From Alphaproteobacteria bacterium (lineage in GTDB: Bacteria > Pseudomonadota > Alphaproteobacteria > UBA828): a DNA stretch of 64,000 nucleotides. Below the pieces are notes generated by a model. That model did not search any database. It was not told the DNA's origin and saw only the letters and a program-made list of their open reading frames with translations. The stretch is taken from positions 96,001 to 160,000 of the forward strand of contig CAXXVO010000007.1 in assembly GCA_963422645.2 (NCBI GenBank), given 5' to 3'. A program made the position numbers and the translations under genes. Below, piece by piece: positions 52,489 to 61,328 of this stretch (positions within the stretch are counted from its first letter, which is position 1; each line of letters opens with the position of its first letter).

Positions 52489-53271
52489 ATGACCGCATGG
52501 CCCACCCGGAAGATCGACACCACGCACCTCGACCAGGGCAGCGATTCGCCCGCCCGCGCCCGCGCTGCCATCAAGCAGATGGCGGACACGATCAACACGA
52601 TGATCGATGCATTCGGCGATCCGAACGGCGTCGCCACCCTCGACAGGTCCGGCCTGCACCCCGCCGACCAGATGCGGGGCGAGGTATACACGGCTGCCGA
52701 GCGCACGCGGCTGGCCGACCTCAGCGATCGCCCCGCCCCGCCGCGTCCCGCGCCCGAGCCGGCGCCCCGGCCAACGCCGCGCGGGCGCAAGACCTTCACC
52801 ACGCCCGGCTCCTTTACCTGGCGCGCGCCCGCGGGCGTGACCCGCGTGCGCGTGCAGTTGCGGGGCGGCAGCGGCGGCAGCGGCGGCAGCCATGAGGCCG
52901 ACGGCGGCCGCGGGCCCCGCATCACCTACCGTGGCGGCAGCGGCGGCAGCGGCGGCTTCGTCTACTTCGAGATCGCGGTCTCGCCGGGCACCTCCTACGG
53001 CTTGGCCGCGGGAGGCAGCGGAGCGGACGGAGCGGACGGCGGCAGCTGGGCTCGCACTCGCGACGGCGCAGACGGCGAGGACACCGCCGCCTTCGGCGGC
53101 ACGGCGCGCGGCGGCAAGGGCGGCCGGGGAGCGCATCGCCGAGGCAACGGAGCGGACGGCGCAGCCGGAACCGCCTCCGCCCCCGCCGGCGCAAGCGGCG
53201 TCAGCCGACACACCCAGCTCACCGTGCCCTCCCCGGTCTCCGCCGGCTATATCGTCATCGAGTGGGGCTGA
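52489..53271 (+). CDS. Glycine-rich tail fibre-like protein, paralogue 2
   Basis: Same N-terminus (MTAWPTRKIDTTHLDQ) and C-terminus (VPSPVSAGY.V.EWG) as paralogue 1, with a divergent middle. Confidence 0.7.
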   Translation: MTAWPTRKIDTTHLDQGSDSPARARAAIKQMADTINTMIDAFGDPNGVATLDRSGLHPADQMRGEVYTAAERTRLADLSDRPAPPRPAPEPAPRPTPRGRKTFTTPGSFTWRAPAGVTRVRVQLRGGSGGSGGSHEADGGRGPRITYRGGSGGSGGFVYFEIAVSPGTSYGLAAGGSGADGADGGSWARTRDGADGEDTAAFGGTARGGKGGRGAHRRGNGADGAAGTASAPAGASGVSRHTQLTVPSPVSAGYIVIEWG

Positions 53272-53276
53272 TCGCG

Positions 53277-54160
53277 ATGCGCCGCACCCTCGTCCCCGCA
53301 GGCGGCGGCATCGACAGCACCGCCCTCGCCCTCCTCGTCCTGCGCGGGACCGAAGACGAGGTCGTCCTCTCCTGCTACCGCGAGCCGGCCCGCGAACTCC
53401 CGGAGCGCATCGCCCGCGAGCAGGCCGCAAGCGAGGCCGTCGCAGACTGGCTCTCCCGCAACGTCCGGCCCGTGCGCCACGTCAGCCGCGACGCCCTGCG
53501 CCTCGACCTCGACGCCGGCGCCGAATACCCGATCAGGGGCGGGAGAGGGTGGGAGGGCGTCTGCGACCCCACATTCGGCCCCTGGGGCCTCGACCGGTAC
53601 GCAACCCACGCCGACGAGGCCGAGCGCCACCGCGCCGACCGGGTGATGCTCGGCATCACCTCGTGGGACACCGCCGACGACATGCACCGCATGTACTGGT
53701 ATCCCGTCTACCGCGCGCGCACCGCCGTCCCCATGGAACTCCCCTTCTTCCCCGGCTGGGAGGACGGCGCGCAGTGGCCGCCGTCGCGGGACGACCCCTT
53801 CGGACCCGTCGCCGGGCGCTTCATGCTCCAGGCCCTGCTCCCGCCCGGGCTGGAGGCGCTCACCTGGCGATGCACCGTCGCGGCAGAGCCCTGCGGACGC
53901 TGCCCCCGATGCCGCCTCAACGCCTTCTTCGAGCGCTTCTGCCGGGGACGCCCGGCGGACCAGGTCGCCCGCATCGACGACGCCCTCGAGCGACACCGCG
54001 GCGCAGGCCGGTGGTACGCACGCTCACCGACCCCGGAAGATGGACCGGTCACGACGGATACGACGCCGCAGAACGCGCCGTCGAAGACCCCGAATGGTGG
54101 AAGGCCGAACTCGAACGCCCGTGCCGCCCCGGCGCCCGCCCCGGTCCCGACCGCGCCTGA
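53277..54160 (+). CDS. QueC-like PP-loop ATPase with C-terminal Cys cluster; probable frameshift near 54020
   Basis: TLVPAGGGIDSTAL (SGGxDS-like) and TWRC-x6-CGRCPRC. The annotated frame runs through the Mu end to 54404, whereas the GC3-rich frame TDPGRWTGHDGYDAAERAVEDPEWW stops at 54160. Confidence 0.65.
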
Positions 54161-54282
54161 AACCCTCACGCACCGCCCGTGCACGGGCCCTGAACCCCCC
54201 GCGCAGCGCTCCTTCATGGCCCATGCACAGGCCGGTTTTTCCAGCCCGGTTCAGCCCCGAAAACCAGCCGATTTTCCAGGCC

Positions 54283-54332
54283 ATTCGCAAAGACTTCCGG
54301 CCGCGATTCGCAAAGACTTCCGGCCGGCTACA
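54283..54332 (+). repeat. Mu-like right end: two 23-bp-period repeats plus terminal CA
   Basis: ATTCGCAAAGACTTCCGGCCG at 54283 and 54306, then GCTACA. Confidence 0.88.
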
Positions 54333-54426
54333 GCGGCTACGGCCATCACCGCATGCGGGAGGTGCTGCTGGGCGGTGTCACCCGCGACATTCTGCGCCAG
54401 ATGACCGTGCCGGTCTTGATGTCGCA

Positions 54427-55881
54427 TTAGCTGGGACAAATGTCGCGGCGCAAAGCCTCTGCAAGTGCGGCCACCACAGGGCCGAACGCCGGGCGTTCCG
54501 TCGGATCGGGCAAGATCTTGCGGGCCGCGGCCTCGAGCGCGGCCAGTGGCGCAGGCACGGGCCGGTCGGTAACGTCCAGGGCGCGGAGCGCGATCGGCAC
54601 GAGGCTGGCAAGCGCCATATCGAGGCACTGGCCGGCGCGATCCTGCTTGGACCATGCCAGAAACACCGGGCTCGCCACGTCGTTCTGGCCGAATCCGCCG
54701 GACTCGCTGCCGGGCAGCAGCGTGGCCTGGGCGTAGAGGCGCGCTTCCTCCTCGTAGCCGGTCTGGGCCATCGGCAGGCATCCCATGGAGGGTCGCGGGG
54801 TGTCGTCGTCGGCGTCCGACGCGACCAGCTGATCGGGAAGCAGCGAGACGGCGCCGTCCAGAAGCTTCGCGCCGTGACGTTCGGTAAGAACGCAGAGATT
54901 GGCGCTGGCGGCGGTGAGCGCATCCATGGCGAGCACCGCGTGGGGATTGTGATAGCCGCCGTTTGCGATAAAGCGGCCGAAGGGTTGATCGTCGTCGACG
55001 CCCTCGGCCCAGACCGGGTTGTCCGTCACCGCCTGAAGCGATTCCGCCGCGACCTCGGCGGCGAGCGACGCTGCACGCCGGGCCTGCCCCAGCATCCGCG
55101 GAAGGATGCGGTAGCTGACAGGCGCCTGATAGGGGCGCCGCTCACCACCGTGACCGTCCCCAACCAGCTCGCGCAGGCGCCCGAGCGCCCAGCGATCGTG
55201 CGGATTGTTCCAGTTGTCGCCGAGCGCCGGGTCGAGATGGTCGAGCGGCGCGTTGAAGGCCTCGAAGGAGAGCGCGAAGATCCGAGCCGCGACATCGAGG
55301 CGCTTCTCGGCGACGAGCGCGGCATCGATGACGAGGCCCGTGGCCGCAGGTGATCCGTTCACCAGGCACATCACGTCCTTGATCGCGGGCTGTGCCGCCT
55401 CCGCCAGGTCGGTGAACAGATGGCTCAGCGACAGGATCTCGCCGGCACCGCCCTGGCCCTTTGCCGGGATCATGGGCATCGTGTCCCGGTCCAGCATGGC
55501 GGCGACGCGCCGGGCGATATCCGGCGAGACTGCTGAGTGGCCCTCCACGAAGTTTGTCAGCCGGGCGAGCACGATGGCGCGGACCACGCGGTCCGGCAGC
55601 GGATCGCCCCACGATGCCGCGATCCGCGCCGGCGACATGCCGGCCCACCGCTCGCGCTGTTCGGGCGTCAGCACCCTGCGGGCAAGCTGGCCCGGACCCG
55701 TCGTCACGCCGTAGATTGTGACATCGGGGTCATGCTCGACGATGCGTTCCAGGCGCTCCCGGCCTCGGGCGATCGCGGCGAGCGCGGTGGCGCCGAGCTC
55801 GACCCCTTCGCCCTCCCAGGCCACGCGGCGGGCGGCCTCGAGCGTGAGGTCGGCACGGGTCTCAACGAGTACCGTCATCAT
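54427..55881 (-). CDS. Aromatic amino acid (histidine) ammonia-lyase homologue lacking the ASG/MIO motif
   Basis: IYGVTTGPG, LVNGS, YQAPVSYR, VTDNP, NGGYH and QNDV are HAL-like, but GQGGAGEIL replaces GSxGASGDL. Confidence 0.85.
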   Translation of the reverse strand: MMTVLVETRADLTLEAARRVAWEGEGVELGATALAAIARGRERLERIVEHDPDVTIYGVTTGPGQLARRVLTPEQRERWAGMSPARIAASWGDPLPDRVVRAIVLARLTNFVEGHSAVSPDIARRVAAMLDRDTMPMIPAKGQGGAGEILSLSHLFTDLAEAAQPAIKDVMCLVNGSPAATGLVIDAALVAEKRLDVAARIFALSFEAFNAPLDHLDPALGDNWNNPHDRWALGRLRELVGDGHGGERRPYQAPVSYRILPRMLGQARRAASLAAEVAAESLQAVTDNPVWAEGVDDDQPFGRFIANGGYHNPHAVLAMDALTAASANLCVLTERHGAKLLDGAVSLLPDQLVASDADDDTPRPSMGCLPMAQTGYEEEARLYAQATLLPGSESGGFGQNDVASPVFLAWSKQDRAGQCLDMALASLVPIALRALDVTDRPVPAPLAALEAAARKILPDPTERPAFGPVVAALAEALRRDICPS

Positions 55882-56001
55882 CTAATCCCTTGCCGAACGA
55901 ATTGCGTCATTCTGCGGGGCATCTATCACCGCCCCGCGCGGTGCGGGACTCTACCGCACAGCCTCATCTCAGCGCTGAAACCATAGGGAAGCGGGGATTG
56001 C

Positions 56002-56595
56002 TCAGGCCGGGAGGTACTCCGCCATGGCGTTGCGCAGCCAGATGGCGAGGTAGACCGAGAACGAGTTGCGCACGGTGATCTCGTAGGAGGGCGCGTCGTC
56101 GGTCTGGTGCAGGATCACATGCCCCCTGGCCAGCGACGTCTGAATGCAGGCGCCCGGCCCAAAGGCGCGGGGGTGCACGTCGAGGCGGCAGCCCTTCATC
56201 AGCACCTCACGGGCCCGCGGGCCGGAGAGCGCGAGCGTGGCGTACATGGCGCTCACGTCGGTGAGTGCGTGGTGACGGCCGTCGAGGCGGGCCTGAAGCG
56301 CCTCTTCGAGCCCGACACCGTCCTCGGCCGGGCCGGTTACCAGCCACTCGTCGGGGCCGAGCCAGAGCAGGGTCCAGCCATTGATCGTGGCGGCGGCGGT
56401 GTTGGGCGTGCGCGGCAGCGAGCCGCCGAGCACGGCGCCGGCAGCAGTCAGCGCCTCCGCGTCCTCGGGGTCGAGCCTGAGATTGAGCCGCACGCGTGCC
56501 GGCTGGTCGGCGAGGGTGATGCCGTCGGCGCGCATCTCGGCGAGCGCGTCGGCGAGGTCCGTGAGCGGGCTGCGTGGTGCCGGCGCCTCAGCCAT
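56002..56595 (-). CDS. soxG: Sarcosine oxidase gamma subunit
   Basis: LWLGPDEWLV, TDVS, GC.LD.HP..F, VRNSF..YL..WL. Confidence 0.9.
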   Translation of the reverse strand: MAEAPAPRSPLTDLADALAEMRADGITLADQPARVRLNLRLDPEDAEALTAAGAVLGGSLPRTPNTAAATINGWTLLWLGPDEWLVTGPAEDGVGLEEALQARLDGRHHALTDVSAMYATLALSGPRAREVLMKGCRLDVHPRAFGPGACIQTSLARGHVILHQTDDAPSYEITVRNSFSVYLAIWLRNAMAEYLPA

Positions 56596-59593
56596 CCCGC
56601 TTGGCTCCTTCCGCATCGTAGAACACCGGCTCTGTGACTTTGCAGGGGAGGAAGCCGCTCTCGGGCGCGGCGTAGATGGTCTCGCCCTTGCGCGCCCGGC
56701 CGCTCCGCACCAGCGCGAGCGCGATGGAACGGCCCAGCGTCAGGCTTGCGTAGCTCGACGTGACGTGGCCGATCATCGGTAAGGGCGGCCGCCCCGGCTT
56801 GTCCACCAGCTGCGTGCCCTCGGGCAGCACCTTGTTGGGGTCGTCGGTGAGGATACCGATGAGCTGCTTGCGGTCCTCGCGCCGCGAATCTTCGCGGCTC
56901 CAGGCCCGCTTGCCCAAAAAATCCGGCTTTTTCTTGGAGACGATCCAGTCCATGCCGAGGTCATGGGGCGTGGTGGTGCCGTCGGTCTCCTGGCCCACGA
57001 TGATGAAGCCCCGCTCGGCGCGGAGCACGTGCATGGCCTCGGTGCCGTAGGGGGTGATGCCGTGCGCGGCACCGGCCTCCATCAGCGCCTCCCACAGGCG
57101 GCGCCCGTGATGCCAGGGCACGTTGACCTCGAAGCTGAGCTCGCCGGTGAAGCTGATGCGGAAGACGCGGGCACCCACGCCGGCGACGACGGCCTCCTTC
57201 ACACTCATGAAAGGGAAGGACTCGCTGTCGAGTGCCAGCCCGGGCGCCACGGCGGCCAGCACGTCGCGGGCGCGCGGGCCGGCGAGCGCCACCGTCGCCC
57301 ACTGCTCGGTGACCGATGTGCAGTAGACCTTGAGCTCCGGCCATTCGGTCTGCAGCCATTCCTCGAGCCACTCCAGCACCTGGGCCGCGTTGCCCGTGGT
57401 CGTCGTCATCAGATAGTGGTTCTCGCCGAGACGCGCGGTGGTGCCGTCGTCGAAGACCATGCCGTCTTCGCCACACATGAGACCGTAGCGCACGCGGCCC
57501 ACCTTCAGCGTCGAGAAGGCGTTGGTGTAGACCATGTCGAGCAGGGTCGTCGCATCCGGCCCCTTGATGTCGATCTTGCCGAGGGTGGAGGCGTCGAGGA
57601 TGCCCGCCGCCTCGCGCACCGCGCGGCACTCGCGTGCCACCGCCGCGTGCTTGTCCTCGCCTGCCCGGGGATACCACCAGGGCCGGTGCCATTGGCCCAC
57701 GGGCTCGAACACGGCGCCCGCCGTCTCGTGCCACTCGTGCATCGCCGTGTGCCGCACCGGGTCCATCAGCGGGCCGGTATCGCGCCCGGCGAGCGCCCCA
57801 AAGGTGACGGGCGTGTAGGGCGGCCTGTAGGTCGTGAAGCCAACCTCCGGCACGGTCTTGCCCAGCGCATCGGCAAGGATGGCGAGCCCGTTGACGTTGG
57901 CCGTCTTGCCCTGGTCGGTGCCCATCCCGACGGTGGTGTAGCGCTTGACGTGCTCGACCGAGCGGAAGCCCTCGCGCGCCGCAAGCCGGATGTCCGCTGC
58001 GGTCACGTCGTCCTGATGGTCGACCATGTGCTTGGCCTTGCCGTGGCCGACCGGTTTTTGGCCCGGCGCGAGCCAGTAGGGCGTGATGGCGCCGGGTTCC
58101 GGGGCCTCGACAGGCGGCACCGGCGGCGGCGTGCCGTCGCCGAAGCCTGCCGCCTCCGCCGCGCGCGCGCCGGCGGCCGCGCCTTCCGCAAGGCAAGCAG
58201 CAAGGCCGAAGCTGCCATTGGCGGCCCCCGCAACCTCCACCGCCTGCGTCGCCCTGCCCGGGAGGAAGATGCCGCGCTCTTCCTCGAACGTGAGCTTGCC
58301 GGCCGACTGGCTAAAGAGGTGCACAGCCGGGTTCCACCCGCCGGAGACGAGCACGCTGTCGCAGTAGATGCGGTATCGCTCGCTGCTCAGCCCGCCATCC
58401 TCGCCGAGTTTCGCGACGGTGACGGAGCGGACCCGCTTCGTGCCGTGGGTGGCGGCGATGACCGAGCCGGTGTGGAGCGCGACGCCGGCCTCCTTGAGCG
58501 CTGGCGCCAGCGGCGCCGAGGGTTCGGGCCGGCAATCGACCACGGCGCCAACCGTGCCACCCGCCTCCACGATGTCGTGCGCCGCCTCGTAAGCCGCGTC
58601 GTTGTTGGTGAAGAGCACGACGCGCTCGCCCGGCAGCGCCGCGTAGTGGTTGAGGTAGCGCTGCGCCGCAGACGCCAGCAGGATGCCGGGGCGGTCGTTG
58701 TCGGCGAAAACCAGGGGCCGCTCGTGGGCGCCGGTGGCGAGCACCACCCTGCCCGCCTTGATGTTCCAGAGGCGCTGCCGGCTCATGTCGGCCGACGCGC
58801 TGGATCCCAGGTGGTCGGTGCGGCGCTCGAACGCGCTCAGCGAATTGTGGTCGTAGTAGCCGAAGAGCGTGGTGCGAGTGAGGACGCGCACCTCCTCCAT
58901 GGCGGCGAGACGCCCGGCCGCCGCTTCTGCCCAGGCCGCGCCATCCACGCCGTCGACCTTGTGGCGGAGACCGAGCAACGCACCGCCGAGCGCGGCCTCG
59001 TCGTCCACCAGCATGACCCGCGCGCCGGCCTCGCCCGCGGCGAGCGCTGCGGCGATACCCGCCGGCCCGCCGCCCACCACCAGCACGTCGCAGTGGACGT
59101 GCATCTTGTCGTAGGAGTCGGGATCGGGCGCCTCGGGCGCGCGGCCGAGGCCCGCCATGCGCCGGATCACGGGCTCATAAAGCGATTTCCAGAACGACGC
59201 CGGCCAGAGAAAGGTCTTGTAGTAGAAGCCGGCGGGGAAGAGCGGCGCGAGCCGCCCGGTCCAAGCGGCAAGGTCGAAGTTGGCGCTCGGCCAGGCATTG
59301 ACGCCGGCGGCGGTGAGCCCGTCGTAGAGTTCCACCTGGGTCGCCCGCAGGTTGGGTTCGGTGAGCGCGCCGGTGCCAAGCTGCACCAGGGCGGACGGCT
59401 CCTCCGCGCCTGCGGTGAGGATGCCGCGCGGCCGGTGATACTTGAAGCTCCGGCTGGTCAGATAGGTGCCATTTGCGATCAGCGCGGACGCGAGCGTGTC
59501 GTCGGCGAAGCCCTCGTAGCCCCGCCCGTTGAAGGTGAAGCGGAGGCGCTGCGCCCTGTCGATCCGCCCGCCCTCCTTCAGACGAAAGCGCAC
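56588..59593 (-). CDS. soxA: Sarcosine oxidase alpha subunit
   Basis: SRSFKYHRPRG, VVGGGPAG, EHVKRYTT.GMGTDQGKT, GcvT-like C-terminus; GTG start at 59593. Confidence 0.95.
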   Translation of the reverse strand: MRFRLKEGGRIDRAQRLRFTFNGRGYEGFADDTLASALIANGTYLTSRSFKYHRPRGILTAGAEEPSALVQLGTGALTEPNLRATQVELYDGLTAAGVNAWPSANFDLAAWTGRLAPLFPAGFYYKTFLWPASFWKSLYEPVIRRMAGLGRAPEAPDPDSYDKMHVHCDVLVVGGGPAGIAAALAAGEAGARVMLVDDEAALGGALLGLRHKVDGVDGAAWAEAAAGRLAAMEEVRVLTRTTLFGYYDHNSLSAFERRTDHLGSSASADMSRQRLWNIKAGRVVLATGAHERPLVFADNDRPGILLASAAQRYLNHYAALPGERVVLFTNNDAAYEAAHDIVEAGGTVGAVVDCRPEPSAPLAPALKEAGVALHTGSVIAATHGTKRVRSVTVAKLGEDGGLSSERYRIYCDSVLVSGGWNPAVHLFSQSAGKLTFEEERGIFLPGRATQAVEVAGAANGSFGLAACLAEGAAAGARAAEAAGFGDGTPPPVPPVEAPEPGAITPYWLAPGQKPVGHGKAKHMVDHQDDVTAADIRLAAREGFRSVEHVKRYTTVGMGTDQGKTANVNGLAILADALGKTVPEVGFTTYRPPYTPVTFGALAGRDTGPLMDPVRHTAMHEWHETAGAVFEPVGQWHRPWWYPRAGEDKHAAVARECRAVREAAGILDASTLGKIDIKGPDATTLLDMVYTNAFSTLKVGRVRYGLMCGEDGMVFDDGTTARLGENHYLMTTTTGNAAQVLEWLEEWLQTEWPELKVYCTSVTEQWATVALAGPRARDVLAAVAPGLALDSESFPFMSVKEAVVAGVGARVFRISFTGELSFEVNVPWHHGRRLWEALMEAGAAHGITPYGTEAMHVLRAERGFIIVGQETDGTTTPHDLGMDWIVSKKKPDFLGKRAWSREDSRREDRKQLIGILTDDPNKVLPEGTQLVDKPGRPPLPMIGHVTSSYASLTLGRSIALALVRSGRARKGETIYAAPESGFLPCKVTEPVFYDAEGAKRDG

Positions 59594-59889
59594 TATCCGC
59601 CCTCCGCGTCGTCGCCCGGTGCATCGGGCCGCGGCGCGCCCATGGGATAGATCGTGAGCACGTCGTTGCTCACGGTGTCGCGCAGCGCGTTGAACCAGCG
59701 CCGGCAACCCTCCCGATGCATCCAGCGCTCGGCATGGACGCCCTTGGTGTTGGTGCGCATGAAGAGGTAGTCGGCCCACTCCGCATCGTCGGTCGCCGCG
59801 GGATCGGGGCGCGCGATATGGGCCTCGCCGCCGTAACGGAATTCGGACTCGGGTCTAGAGCCGCACCAGGGGCAGTCGATCCAGAGCAT
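59593..59889 (-). CDS. soxD: Sarcosine oxidase delta subunit
   Basis: CPWCG.R.E.EF.YGGEAHI, ERW.H..GCRRWFN. Confidence 0.95.
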   Translation of the reverse strand: MLWIDCPWCGSRPESEFRYGGEAHIARPDPAATDDAEWADYLFMRTNTKGVHAERWMHREGCRRWFNALRDTVSNDVLTIYPMGAPRPDAPGDDAEGG

Positions 59890-59901
59890 TCCTTGCCGTC
59901 C

Positions 59902-61152
59902 CTAATGCGCCACGGCCGCCGCCGCGTGCTCGTCGATCAGCGCACCGGAGGTGAAACGATCGAGCGCGAAGGGCGCGTTGAGCGGGTGCGGCTCGCCGGT
60001 GGCGATGGTGTGGGCCAGCACCCAGCCCGAGCCCGGCGTCGCCTTGAATCCCCCGGTGCCCCAGCCACCGTTGATGAAGAGGCCTTCCACCGGGGTCTTG
60101 CCGATGACGGGCGACGAATCGGGGCAAACATCCACGATACCGGCCCACGAGCGCATCATACGCACCCGGCTGAAGATCGGGATCAGCTCGACGATTGCTC
60201 CCATCTGGTCCTCGATGGTGTGCAGGCCGCCGCGCTGGCTGTAGGAGTTGGGCGGGTCGAGCCCTGCGCCGATCACGAGCTCGCCCTTGTCGGACTGGCT
60301 GACATAGACGTGCACGCCGTTCGACATGATGACGCAGTGGAGCACCGGCTTGAGCGGCTCCGAGACCAGCGCCTGCAGGGGGTGGCTCTCGATTGGCAGG
60401 CGAAAGCCCGCCATCGCAGCCAGGACGGAGCTATGCCCTGCGACCACGATGCCCACCTTCTTCGCGGCGATGGCGCCCTGCGTGGTTTGCACGCCGCTTA
60501 CCCGGCCGCCCTCCGCGTCGATGCCGGTGACCTCGCAGTTCTGGATGATGTCCACGCCGCGGGCATCCGCCGCCCGAGCGTAGCCCCAGGCGACCGCGTC
60601 GTGGCGTGCGTTGCCGCCCCGCCGCTGCAGGGCGCCGCCCATGATCGGGTAGCGCGTCTTCACCGAGGTGTTGAGGATCGGGCAGAACGCCTTGACCTCT
60701 TCGGTCGAAAGCAGCTCGGCGTCGACCGCGTTGAGCCGGTTGGCGTTGACCCGCCGGGTCGCCTCCTGCAGGTCGTGGACGTTGTGGATCAGGTTCAGCA
60801 CGCCCCGCTGGCTGAACATCAGGTTGTAGTTGAGCTCCTGAGCGAGGCCTTCCCACAGCTTGAGCGAATGCTCGTAGAGGGCCGCGCTTTCATCCCACAG
60901 GTAGTTGGAGCGGATCACCGTGGTGTTGCGCCCGGTGTTGCCGCCGCCGAGCCAGCCCTTCTCCAGCACCGCCACGTTGGTGATGCCGTGGAGGGCGGCG
61001 AGGTAGTAGGCGGTGGCCAGCCCATGCCCGCCGGCGCCGATGATGATCACGTCATAGGCGGGCTTGGGCGCGGGGCTGCGCCATTGCTCCGGCCAGCGTT
61101 CGTGATGGCTCAACGCGTTTCGCGCCAGGCTGAAGATCGAGAACTTCTTCAT
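59902..61152 (-). CDS. soxB: Sarcosine oxidase beta subunit
   Basis: [48 protein letters not shown]. Confidence 0.96.
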   Translation of the reverse strand: MKKFSIFSLARNALSHHERWPEQWRSPAPKPAYDVIIIGAGGHGLATAYYLAALHGITNVAVLEKGWLGGGNTGRNTTVIRSNYLWDESAALYEHSLKLWEGLAQELNYNLMFSQRGVLNLIHNVHDLQEATRRVNANRLNAVDAELLSTEEVKAFCPILNTSVKTRYPIMGGALQRRGGNARHDAVAWGYARAADARGVDIIQNCEVTGIDAEGGRVSGVQTTQGAIAAKKVGIVVAGHSSVLAAMAGFRLPIESHPLQALVSEPLKPVLHCVIMSNGVHVYVSQSDKGELVIGAGLDPPNSYSQRGGLHTIEDQMGAIVELIPIFSRVRMMRSWAGIVDVCPDSSPVIGKTPVEGLFINGGWGTGGFKATPGSGWVLAHTIATGEPHPLNAPFALDRFTSGALIDEHAAAAVAH

Positions 61153-61264
61153 CTACGGATGCCCGAATACAGGAAGCGCCCGGCCGTGTCACTCGCTTGC
61201 CGCAGGCCGACCAGGCCGGCGCCGATGTCCTCAGGGTCCGCCTTGAGCCGGGTCGACGTGAAAT

Positions 61265-61309
61265 TGCCGAAAACGGCATATTGTAGTTAGTCATTTTCCG
61301 TTTTCGGCA
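61265..61309. promoter_or_regulatory. 12-bp inverted repeat in the divergent sox/lrp promoter region
   Basis: TGCCGAAAACGG-N21-CCGTTTTCGGCA with an AT-rich spacer. Confidence 0.5.
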
Positions 61310-61328
61310 CACATTAACGACATGACTT

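Larger units (their letters stand above)
47437..54332 (+). mobile_element. Mini-Mu (internally deleted transposable prophage)
   Basis: TGTAG...CTACA ends; 5-bp TSD GCGGC at 47432-47436 and 54333-54337; terminal repeat motifs; phage tail genes inside. Confidence 0.9.
46708..54430 (+). pseudogene. Second Usp gene split by the mini-Mu (46708-47436 + 54338-54430)
   Basis: ...LLVMGG| joins |YGHHRMREVLLGGVTRDILRQMTVPVLMSH* when the element and one GCGGC are removed. Confidence 0.93.

Noticed and set aside
51564-53271. Diversity-generating retroelement (TR/VR pair) in the fibre genes
   Set aside because: Differences are not adenine-specific and include indels and synonymous changes; no reverse transcriptase is present in the window.
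50167-54332. Gin-type invertible tail-fibre segment
   Set aside because: Both fibre genes are on the same strand, and no invertase or flanking inverted sites were seen.
53262-54404. QueC-like protein with a long Pro/Thr-rich tail
   Set aside because: The tail crosses the element end and has poor codon bias; the alternative frame ending at 54160 looks like the true C-terminus.
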